Made by a program: the position numbers and the translations under genes. 38,366 bases of DNA from positions 1 through 38,366 of the forward strand of contig JAUQVK010000083.1 of assembly GCA_039794845.1 (NCBI GenBank), written 5' to 3'. How positions within the stretch are numbered: position 1 is the first letter of the stretch; every line of letters starts with the position of its first letter. The DNA comes from Thermostichus sp. DRC_bins_24. GTDB lineage: Bacteria; Cyanobacteriota; Cyanobacteriia; Thermostichales; Thermostichaceae. Positions 9,562 through 17,359 of this stretch are shown one piece after another. The notes below the pieces were generated by a model. The model searched no databases and was not told the origin of the DNA. It worked only from the letters and a program-made list of their open reading frames with translations.

Positions 9562-9730
9562 CAACATCTATCCGTTCACAATCTTGCTCGATGGCCTCGC
9601 ACATCAACTGAAGGTCATCAGAAAGAATTGAACCAGAGAAAGGCAACAATTGCTGTCCTGGTGTACCTCGAACTTCCGCTTTTACCAGCGCTCGAACGAA
9701 TTCAAGCACCTGCTTTTGCAAGGGCTGGGG
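9551..9730 (-). pseudogene. 5'-truncated cognate antitoxin gene
   Basis: Reads PQPLQKQVLEFVRALVKAEVRGTPGQQLLPFSGSILSDDLQLMCEAIEQDCERIDVDEW-stop. Its 3' end overlaps the toxin start region and its N-terminus is replaced by MITE sequence. Confidence 0.7.
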
Positions 9731-9791
9731 TCCCGCGTAGCCAGAACAGGAAGCATAAGCTCTGTCGTAGAAGGCCCGCGCAAGGGCTGTA
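9727..9791 (+). mobile_element. MITE family A, right part only
   Basis: GGGGTCCCGCGTAGCCAGAACAGGAAGCATAAGCTCTGTCGTAGAAGGCCCGCGCAAGGGCTGTA aligns with the 9056-9142 and 4055-4126 copies. Confidence 0.7.
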
Positions 9792-9921
9792 ATACTGGCA
9801 GAGGGTTATAGGGGTTGCCTTTGCCGAGGACTTCAGCCGCATAACCCTGAACTCACCTGCCACTAGTCGGGAGTCGTTCACCATTGCAAGGGTTTTGCCC
9901 AGCCTCTTCCGGTTCGGGAGC

Positions 9922-10527
9922 CTAAGGGTGGGAGTGGCCGTGGGAATGCCCATGACTGTGACCATGCCCATGGGCGGTTGGATTCTCTGTGAGCTTCAAC
10001 AGTGGGGCCGGTTCCGGCAGATCGTGGGGATCCTCACCCGGTTGGGCCACTTGGATCCAGCGGTGGATCCCTGTTTCGCACTCTTGCACCACCGGGATAG
10101 GAATGGTCTCGCCGGGCCGATCCGGCAACTTCAAAAGGATGCTGAATTCATCCACAAACTCATCTGGCAGTAGCCCACCCGACCAAATCACTTCCGCGAC
10201 GGTTTCGGTGATCATCCGCCCGTGGGATTCGTAGGGGGTTTCCAGCGGCTTTTTCACGGTCTCAATTTCCCACAGGGGGTGCACCATCGGCTTTACCGAA
10301 GTCGCCCCCTCCGGGATCTGCACCCGCAACCGGGTGGTTGGGGATCCCTCACAGCCGTGGGGAACGCGAAAGGTTAATTTGGCATGGCTACCGGCAGGTG
10401 CCTCTTTGGGGTTAACCGTGACATGGGCAAAAGCGGGGGCAAGAGCCAGAAAAGCTGAACCCAAAGTTAAGCTAAGCTTTGCTCCCAAGGACAAACGATT
10501 CTGCGACTTCAACATTAACTTCAACAT
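9922..10527 (-). CDS. YcnI (DUF1775) family copper-binding protein with His-rich tail
   Basis: Signal peptide, then HVTVNP, FRVPHGCEG, W.GG.LP and PVVQEC..W, ending HGHGHSHGHSHGHSHP. Confidence 0.9.
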   Translation of the reverse strand: MLKLMLKSQNRLSLGAKLSLTLGSAFLALAPAFAHVTVNPKEAPAGSHAKLTFRVPHGCEGSPTTRLRVQIPEGATSVKPMVHPLWEIETVKKPLETPYESHGRMITETVAEVIWSGGLLPDEFVDEFSILLKLPDRPGETIPIPVVQECETGIHRWIQVAQPGEDPHDLPEPAPLLKLTENPTAHGHGHSHGHSHGHSHP

Positions 10528-10577
10528 TATTGTTACTCCTCAAGGGTTATGGTTGCTGTGAATCTTGAACGCAGGCT

Positions 10578-10910
10578 CTAGGGATGCTGGTGATGGCCGG
10601 ATCCCTCGGATTGGATCACGCTCATGCTGTGCTGACCCCAACTGGATAGGCCCATGGAGACCAATCCTGCACTGACCAAACCCATGGATACCAACCCGAA
10701 AGACAAAGCCCCCATCGCCACTAGGCCAATGGAGACGATGCCGTGGGTGACCACCCCAACGGCCACTACCCCGTGGGCCGAGATGCCAACCGCCACCAAG
10801 CCATGAGCCCCCACCCCTACTGAGAGGATTTTTCGGGGAGTGGAATGGCCGCAATCGCCCGTTTCAGAGGGTTTTGGGGAAGCAATTTCCGACTGTGATC
10901 CCGTCAGCAT
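10578..10910 (-). CDS. Small Gly-repeat hydrophobic protein with periodic His/Met, probable metal-binding protein
   Basis: 110 aa. The ATG overlaps the petJ stop (TAATG). Six 10-residue repeats Gxxx[H/M]Gxxxx and a C-terminal HHQHP. Confidence 0.75.
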   Translation of the reverse strand: MLTGSQSEIASPKPSETGDCGHSTPRKILSVGVGAHGLVAVGISAHGVVAVGVVTHGIVSIGLVAMGALSFGLVSMGLVSAGLVSMGLSSWGQHSMSVIQSEGSGHHQHP

Positions 10911-11266
10911 TAGGCTTTACCCCAGTTGCGCTCAGCTTGTTGCAGCACATAGGCGGCAACGGACTCGATCTCTTCCGGCTTCAGTTGCTTGCCAAAGGCA
11001 GGCATGGCTCCTTTCCCCTTCGTGACTTGGTTTTGAATCAACTCCGGGGTGTCCACGTGGTATTCCTGCAAAGCGGCTAGGGTTAGGTTTTTGGCGGCGA
11101 CCAGGGAGTTTCTTCCCCCCAGATGGCAACCGATGCACTTGGCCTGAAACACCTTTGCCCCCAGGCTCAGATCAGGCTCCGCTGCAGCAGGATGGACAAA
11201 TCCCAATCCCAGCAAGCCAATCAGAAGGGCTACCCCTAGGGTTTTGAAAATCCATCTTTTGAACAT
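10910..11266 (-). CDS. petJ: Cytochrome c6
   Basis: Signal peptide ending AAA, heme motif CIGCH, QVTKGKGAMPAFG (axial Met) and VAAYVLQQAERNW. ATG at 11266; the longer ORF from 11818 is antisense to dnaG. Confidence 0.88.
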   Translation of the reverse strand: MFKRWIFKTLGVALLIGLLGLGFVHPAAAEPDLSLGAKVFQAKCIGCHLGGRNSLVAAKNLTLAALQEYHVDTPELIQNQVTKGKGAMPAFGKQLKPEEIESVAAYVLQQAERNWGKA

Positions 11267-11304
11267 AGACGCATTGCCAGCTCTAACAAGGATTCTTGAC
11301 CCCG

Positions 11305-11350
11305 ACATTGTTTCAGCCCCTGACGGCTGCGTCAAAAGACAGCCCGTCAA
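11305..11350 (-). promoter_or_regulatory. Candidate petJ promoter with two GAC-N5/6-GTC palindromes
   Basis: TGACGGCTGCGTCA (11321-11334) and GACAGCCCGTC (11338-11348). The minus strand has TTGACG-N17-AACAAT. Confidence 0.55.
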
Positions 11351-11389
11351 CTCAGCCCCGGATACCATAGGGTCAGGATCCCCAAACCG

Positions 11390-13300
11390 GTGATGAGTGG
11401 TCTGCCCCCCGAAACGATCAACCTGGTGCGCCAAAAGGCCGATCTCGTCGAGGTGGTGGCTGAAAAGGTGGTGCTGCGCAAGCAGGGCAAAAATTTTGTC
11501 GGGCTTTGCCCCTTCCACAACGACCGCAAACCCAGTTTTCAGGTCAGCCCCAGCAAACAGATCTACAAGTGTTTCTCCTGCGGTGCTGGAGGGGATGTAC
11601 TGCGCTTTGTCAGCCAGATGGAGCATCTCTCCTTTGCCGAGTCGGTTCGCAAGCTGGCTCAGCGTTACCATGTGCCCCTGCCTGAGGGATCCCCGCAGCA
11701 GCAGCAAGCCCACGAACGCAAATTCTCCCACCAAGAAAAGCTGCTGGAAATCTTGGCCATGGCTGCCGATTTTTATCAGCACGCCCTCAAGTCCCCGTTG
11801 GGATCCGCCGCCCGGCACTATTTACAAAACCGCCAACTTGGCGAAGCCACGCTGCAAAAATTTCAAATTGGCTTTGCTCCCCCCGGCTGGCAATCCCTTT
11901 ACGAGTACTTGGTCCATCAAAAACGCCAACCCGTTAAGCTTTTGGAAGAAGCAGGGTTGTTGGTGGCCCGTCAACAGGGATCCGGCCATTACGACCGTTT
12001 CCGTCACCGGATTATGTTGCCCATTTTTGATGTACAAGGTCGGGTGATTGGGTTTGCGGGGCGTGCCCTTGGGGATGAACAGCCCAAGTACCTCAATTCT
12101 CCAGAGACGGAACTGTTTAGCAAAAGTCAGGTGGTGTACGGCCTCAATTTTGCCCGGGAGGCCATTGCCAAGGCGGATCAAGCGCTAATCGTCGAAGGCT
12201 ATTTCGATGTCATGGCCCTGCATCAGGCCGGGATCCCGCAGGCGGTGGCAGCCATGGGTACGGCCCTGACTCCACAACAGGTGAAAGCCCTCCTGCGCTA
12301 TACCGAATCCAAGCGGTTAATTTTTAATTTTGATGGGGATCGGGCCGGGTTAAAAGCTGCTGAGCGGGCGATTGAGGCCCTCCAAGAGCAAGCGCGGCGC
12401 GGCGAAGTGGAGCTGCGCATTCTCACCATTCCCGAAGGCAAAGATGCCGACGAGTTTTTACGGGATCATCCGGTGGGTGAGTTTCAAACCCTGCTGGATC
12501 AAGCTCCCCTGTGGCTGGATTGGCAAATCGAACAGGTGCTATCCGGTCGGGATCTCAGTCGGGCCGGCGACTTTCAACAGGCCCATCAAGCCTTTGTACA
12601 ATTGCTGGCGGGTCTGGGTGGACAATGGCGCTCTTTGTATTTGCATAAAGTTGCAGAATTGCTCAGCCGCGGCAATGGCCGCCTCAGTCGAGATTTGGAA
12701 GAAGAATTGCGGCGGGGGGTGCGGCAATATCGCTGGGCCAAACCGGAGCAACTTTCTCCCGCCAAGGGATCCAAATTATTGCAGTCGGAATCCCATTTGC
12801 TACAGATCTTTCTGCACTTTTGTGAGTACCGTCGCGAAATTCGTGAGGCACTCTTGGAGCGAGAACTGCAATTTAGCTTTCGTCCCCATCGGGATCTGTG
12901 GCAGCGGATTTTGGAACTGGTGTACGGACAACCGGAACTGGAAACCCAGCAAGAAACCCTGCTCACGGCCTTGCGCACCATGTGCGCTCATGATGAACAG
13001 CTGAACGAACGGCTTAGCCATCTGCTGTGGTTGGATGAAAATACCCGCGTGGCCCTGATGCGCCCCCGGATTGTGGTGCGGGCGGCCATCGCCAACATGG
13101 AGCTGGAAATTCGCCAGAAACGCTACCGCTACTGGACACAACTGTGGGATCAAGCCTTTTCCGAGGGCAATACGGCCCTGGCCGCCCAATACCAAGCCAG
13201 CATTCAACGGGAATATCAAGCGATTCAAACGCTGCAGCGGGATGTGCAACTGAGCTTGGAAGACATGCTGGAGACGCCGCTGGCCGAAGACTGGATTTGA
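11390..13300 (+). CDS. dnaG: DNA primase
   Basis: Zinc finger CPFH..CFSC, DRFRHRIMLPI, PKYLNSPET and TOPRIM motifs VEGYFDV and FDGDRAG. Confidence 0.97.
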   Translation: MMSGLPPETINLVRQKADLVEVVAEKVVLRKQGKNFVGLCPFHNDRKPSFQVSPSKQIYKCFSCGAGGDVLRFVSQMEHLSFAESVRKLAQRYHVPLPEGSPQQQQAHERKFSHQEKLLEILAMAADFYQHALKSPLGSAARHYLQNRQLGEATLQKFQIGFAPPGWQSLYEYLVHQKRQPVKLLEEAGLLVARQQGSGHYDRFRHRIMLPIFDVQGRVIGFAGRALGDEQPKYLNSPETELFSKSQVVYGLNFAREAIAKADQALIVEGYFDVMALHQAGIPQAVAAMGTALTPQQVKALLRYTESKRLIFNFDGDRAGLKAAERAIEALQEQARRGEVELRILTIPEGKDADEFLRDHPVGEFQTLLDQAPLWLDWQIEQVLSGRDLSRAGDFQQAHQAFVQLLAGLGGQWRSLYLHKVAELLSRGNGRLSRDLEEELRRGVRQYRWAKPEQLSPAKGSKLLQSESHLLQIFLHFCEYRREIREALLERELQFSFRPHRDLWQRILELVYGQPELETQQETLLTALRTMCAHDEQLNERLSHLLWLDENTRVALMRPRIVVRAAIANMELEIRQKRYRYWTQLWDQAFSEGNTALAAQYQASIQREYQAIQTLQRDVQLSLEDMLETPLAEDWI

Positions 13301-13307
13301 TGAGGGG

Positions 13308-14486
13308 TCAAACCTTCGCAAACCGCCCCGGAGACAACCCAGGGATCCATTCATCCTCTTGGCCGTAGGCTTGTTGAGCAAAGCGGCGGGCTAAGACCGG
13401 GACTACCGCCAGGGGGTTGCTGAAACCGGAGAACAGTTGCAACCCCTCCAACCCAGGCAAGGATCCGATCAAAGGCTGCTGATCGCCACTGAAGGCCACC
13501 AGGCAGTGATACCACCGGCCGGGTAGGTGGGCCAATTTGGGCAGGTAACGACCCACCTGTTCGCGGATTTGCGCCTCACTAGCCGCCCCATCCACAACAG
13601 CATCGGTATCCGTTAAAACACGGCTGATCTGGCCCATGCGAATGCTGCCGTCGGCAAATTGGAGGGCGCCCACATCCAAAATCGGTGGGCAGGGTTCCTG
13701 TCCCGGTTCATCCCAGAGGGGATCCTGTTCCGGACGGGTGGCTCCCTGTTCCAGTTCGAAGCGCTGCACGGGCGTGCTCATCACCAGGGCATTTAACCGC
13801 AAATGAGAGGGTTCCAACTCCACCGACTCGGCATGGGTAAAGTAGATGGGCACGCGGATCCCAGTTTGGCGCAGCAGCGCCCTGGTCCAGCCCCCCGCAC
13901 ACACCACCACCTGTGCCGCCTCGTGTAAGGTCTCTCCCACTTCTACCCCGACAATGCGATCCCCTTGGCGGCACAAGCCCGTTACCGTTCCGGTTAAGAG
14001 GGATCCCCCCAACCGTTGAAAGGCTTTTTGGAAAGCAAGCGCCGTCAGCAAGGGGTTAATGTGGCCGTGGCTCACCCAGAGGACCCGTTCTAGAGCTGCC
14101 GGATCCAGGAGCGGTTCCAGTTCACAGGCGGCCTCGACCGAAATCGGGCGGGGCGGGATCCGACACGCGGCCATATCCGCTGCCACCGCATCGGCATCGT
14201 AGCCGGGGGCAATCGGCATGAGCAGATCCAGCTCGCGAAATTGGATGTCGGCTTGTAATTCTTCGGATAGGGTGCGGTAGCGTTGGATCCCTTCTTCTCC
14301 GAGCGCCTTGAGCAGCGGTGTTTTGCCCGCCCAATGGGCCAAGCCCCCGTAGCTATAGCGGGTTGCTCCGTTTAGCACCCCATCTTTTTCCAGCAGCAGC
14401 ACGGATCCCCCCTGACGGGCCAATTCGTAGCTCAGGGCTGCTCCGGTAATGCCGCCACCGATCACAATCCAGTCGTAGTTTGCCAT
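13308..14486 (-). CDS. FAD-dependent oxidoreductase, DAO/glycine oxidase family
   Basis: N-terminal WIVIGGGITG Rossmann motif, VVVCAGGW and D.QPLIG. Confidence 0.88.
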   Translation of the reverse strand: MANYDWIVIGGGITGAALSYELARQGGSVLLLEKDGVLNGATRYSYGGLAHWAGKTPLLKALGEEGIQRYRTLSEELQADIQFRELDLLMPIAPGYDADAVAADMAACRIPPRPISVEAACELEPLLDPAALERVLWVSHGHINPLLTALAFQKAFQRLGGSLLTGTVTGLCRQGDRIVGVEVGETLHEAAQVVVCAGGWTRALLRQTGIRVPIYFTHAESVELEPSHLRLNALVMSTPVQRFELEQGATRPEQDPLWDEPGQEPCPPILDVGALQFADGSIRMGQISRVLTDTDAVVDGAASEAQIREQVGRYLPKLAHLPGRWYHCLVAFSGDQQPLIGSLPGLEGLQLFSGFSNPLAVVPVLARRFAQQAYGQEDEWIPGLSPGRFAKV

Positions 14487-14619
14487 GGCCTTACTCTTTG
14501 CATAGATGTATTGTCGTCACAAAAACGGTAGGTGCGAGGTATCGCCCGTGGCAGAACTGGATCCAGGATGAACCTCGTGGCCGATACTGATCGAGGGATC
14601 CGACGCCGGAGGACTGAAC

Positions 14620-15492
14620 ATGAACGAATTGTTGCAAACCATCAACCGTAGCCTACTGGAAATAGTCGGTCGAGGGATCGAGCTATTGCCCGGTTTTCTG
14701 ATTGCTGCTGTGATCCTCTGGGCCACCCGTTATGCCATTCAAGGGATCCGTCGCTTGGTGGAAACGGCCGCCGCTCGGTGGGTCCCCAGTCGGTCTCTGC
14801 AATCGCTTTTGGTGCAAACCAGCCAGGTGGGGGCTTGGGCGGTGGGGATCCTGGCCGCCAGCGTCATTGCTTTTCCGGATCTGCGCCTGGGGGATCTGAT
14901 CGGGCTGTTGGGCTTGGGCTCGGTGGCGGTGGGTTTTGCCTTTCAAGATATTTTCAAGAACTTCTTAGCGGGGGTGCTGTTGCTCTTGAACGAGCCCTTT
15001 CAACTGAACGATCAAATTGTCGTCGGAGATTATGAAGGCACCGTCGAAGAGATCAACATCCGCTCGACCCAGATCCGCACCTACCAAGGGGAGCGGGTGG
15101 TGATCCCCAATGCCATGGTGTTCACCAGCCCCATCACCGTCTTGACGGATCGCCCCTATCGCCGCACCGATTTGGAAATCGGCCTCGACTACACAACGCC
15201 TTTACCCCGCGGGTTGGAGGTATTGCGAGCCGCCATGCAGGGGGTAGAAGGGGTGCTGACGGAACCGCCTTTTGAAATCGACATTGTCGGCTTCGGGGAT
15301 AGCTCCATCGACTTTGTCGTGCGCTACTGGACTCGGCCCCGCAAACCGGAGGTGCGTCTTGCCCGCACCCAGGTGATGATCGCCCTCAAACAAGCCTGCG
15401 ACCAGGCCGGATTGGTCATCCCTTACCCGATTCGCACCGTCTACATGTTCGACCAAGAGATGTTTCAGGAGCACACCCCCAAAGCCGCCTAG
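14620..15492 (+). CDS. Small-conductance mechanosensitive channel (MscS family)
   Basis: GLGSVAVGFAFQDIFKNFLAG, EGTVEEINIRST and IPYPIRT. Confidence 0.93.
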   Translation: MNELLQTINRSLLEIVGRGIELLPGFLIAAVILWATRYAIQGIRRLVETAAARWVPSRSLQSLLVQTSQVGAWAVGILAASVIAFPDLRLGDLIGLLGLGSVAVGFAFQDIFKNFLAGVLLLLNEPFQLNDQIVVGDYEGTVEEINIRSTQIRTYQGERVVIPNAMVFTSPITVLTDRPYRRTDLEIGLDYTTPLPRGLEVLRAAMQGVEGVLTEPPFEIDIVGFGDSSIDFVVRYWTRPRKPEVRLARTQVMIALKQACDQAGLVIPYPIRTVYMFDQEMFQEHTPKAA

Positions 15493-15498
15493 GGATCC

Positions 15499-16302
15499 CT
15501 ACCAACGGGCCAGCAGCATCTGGAACTGGCTCTCCCCCAGCAGGATGACATCGGGGTCGGGATAGGTATCCCGAAACCACTCCTGAAACTGCCGGATGGC
15601 AACCGCAAAAATCTCCTCCGGGATCTGCCAGGAGCTGCTGTAGGAGCGCTGCGCGTACAGATCAAACACCGACTGGGCCGTGATCGCCGTCTGCCACTCC
15701 GCCGCCACCACCCGCCGCAAGTGGGCCCCTTGAGATTCCAAATACGCCTCCACTTGCTCGGCATCGGCCCCCACCCGTTGAGGTTCAAAGCCCAGCCCCG
15801 CGAGGGTGTGCGTCCAATGGGTGTCAAACTCGCCGCGAGCGTTCACCACCCGCTCTCCATAGCCGTAGAGATAAATCCCACCCGGTTTGAGAACCCGCCG
15901 GATCTCAGCGATCACCTGCGGCCACTCGCGGATCAGGTGCAACACATGCACCGTAATCGCCACATCGAAACACTCTTCCCCAAAAGGCAAAGCCGTAGCA
16001 TCGGCAATTTGCACCTGTACCTGTGGCGGCACTTGGCCCCAGTTGTCCAGGAGTTTACGGCGCAAGGCTGACAACATGTGTTCGGAAATATCGACGCCGG
16101 AATAGGAATAGCCCCGACGAATCAAGGGCAGGGCAATGCGCCCTGTCCCAATGCCTACCTCAAGGAAGTGGGTTTCCGGGGTGGCCTCTACCGCCGTCAG
16201 GATGGCATCGGCAATATCTTCATCTACACCAGTGGGAAAACCCCGGGTGGCATCGTAAATATCCGCCGCCCGATCAAAACAGACGCTATGGGACTGCACC
16301 AT
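15499..16302 (-). CDS. Class I SAM-dependent methyltransferase
   Basis: FDRAADIYDATRG, LEVGIGTGRIA, DATALPF and RVLKPGG. ATG at 16302. Confidence 0.9.
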   Translation of the reverse strand: MVQSHSVCFDRAADIYDATRGFPTGVDEDIADAILTAVEATPETHFLEVGIGTGRIALPLIRRGYSYSGVDISEHMLSALRRKLLDNWGQVPPQVQVQIADATALPFGEECFDVAITVHVLHLIREWPQVIAEIRRVLKPGGIYLYGYGERVVNARGEFDTHWTHTLAGLGFEPQRVGADAEQVEAYLESQGAHLRRVVAAEWQTAITAQSVFDLYAQRSYSSSWQIPEEIFAVAIRQFQEWFRDTYPDPDVILLGESQFQMLLARW

Positions 16303-16404
16303 CGCTGCCCTCTCCCCTGCCAAGCCGAAATGGGCCCGGACGGATCCCAGCCCATTTTAGTGCAAAGGGTTGAATTGTCTCTGAGCCTGTGCTCTTCAAC
16401 TCCC

Positions 16405-17199
16405 TCAGGACTCTTCCGCCAAGCGGGCATAAAACAAGCCCTGGATGCGGACAGTGTGGGGTTCCATTGCCCCTTGCTCGGTGCTGGAGGGTTGAATGCT
16501 GACAAAAGATCCCGCCATTTCACCGGTGCTGGGATCCACGCGGGCGATCCGCAACGACATCTTCCCTTGCGAGACCTCATCCACCTTGCGGTTGGTGGCA
16601 AACTCATCCTTGGCAGCCTGTAGCCCGACGGCGGTGTCGTAGCCGGTGTTGGACCCCCGTCCGCGCGGATCGAGGAAGGAGCTACTGTGATAGCCGGGCA
16701 CCAAAAACTCCCCTTCAAAGTCGGTGGAGGGATCGATGGCGGATCCCTGGGCGCTGGCCACCAAATCTTTCACACTAAACAGCAGCGGCACCAGTTCGCG
16801 GCGCGGCATTTGGCCGGTTGTCGGCTGAAATGTGATCCCGTCCACCACTTTCAGCTCCAAACCACCGCCTTTCGGGGTCACTTCTGCTTTGATCGGCCCC
16901 AGGGTGGCGGCGGAGATCAGGATATTCTTAGCCTTGATAAACTCTTTCTCACCGTTGCGTTTTTCCTCTTCCACCTCAATTTGCACCGGCTGGAAGCAAA
17001 CATCCGTCAACTTCAGAGATCCCCCGCTGGGTATTTCGATCCGCCCTCGGGAATTGTCAGAGACTGAAGGACAGATGGCAGCTTTGCCGGTGTTGCGGAT
17101 CTGGTCATAGGTCAGCGGGGCCTTGGCAGCCTCAGCCCGAAAGGCAAAGACGCTCAAGCAAAGCGCCAACAAAATGGCGAGCAGTGGACGGTACCGCAT
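16405..17199 (-). CDS. psbO: Photosystem II manganese-stabilizing protein
   Basis: MRYRPLL signal, LTYDQI..TG.A..CP, CFQP, FLDPRGRG..TGYD and GEMAGSFVS.QPS..RIQGLFYA. ATG at 17199. Confidence 0.93.
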   Translation of the reverse strand: MRYRPLLAILLALCLSVFAFRAEAAKAPLTYDQIRNTGKAAICPSVSDNSRGRIEIPSGGSLKLTDVCFQPVQIEVEEEKRNGEKEFIKAKNILISAATLGPIKAEVTPKGGGLELKVVDGITFQPTTGQMPRRELVPLLFSVKDLVASAQGSAIDPSTDFEGEFLVPGYHSSSFLDPRGRGSNTGYDTAVGLQAAKDEFATNRKVDEVSQGKMSLRIARVDPSTGEMAGSFVSIQPSSTEQGAMEPHTVRIQGLFYARLAEES

Positions 17200-17359
17200 G
17201 GTCGAACCTCGAAAAACCTTTTTGAATCTGCAGGCTGCTGGGGAAAACAAGCCAGAATGCCCCCATTGTACGCAATAGTGATCCCCTCTTTTGCCCTGTT
17301 TCGAGAAGTTTCTTTGCTGTCCAAACCCGCTTGGATAGGCGTTGCCGCCGGGGCCAAAG

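Noticed and set aside
9173..9792. Plus-strand ORFs 9173-9457 and 9454-9792
   Set aside because: Antisense to the recognisable antitoxin/VapC remnants and running into the attC-like site and MITE.
11267..11818. Long N-terminal extension of the cytochrome c6 ORF (302 aa)
   Set aside because: Mostly the antisense shadow of dnaG. The signal peptide begins at ATG 11266.
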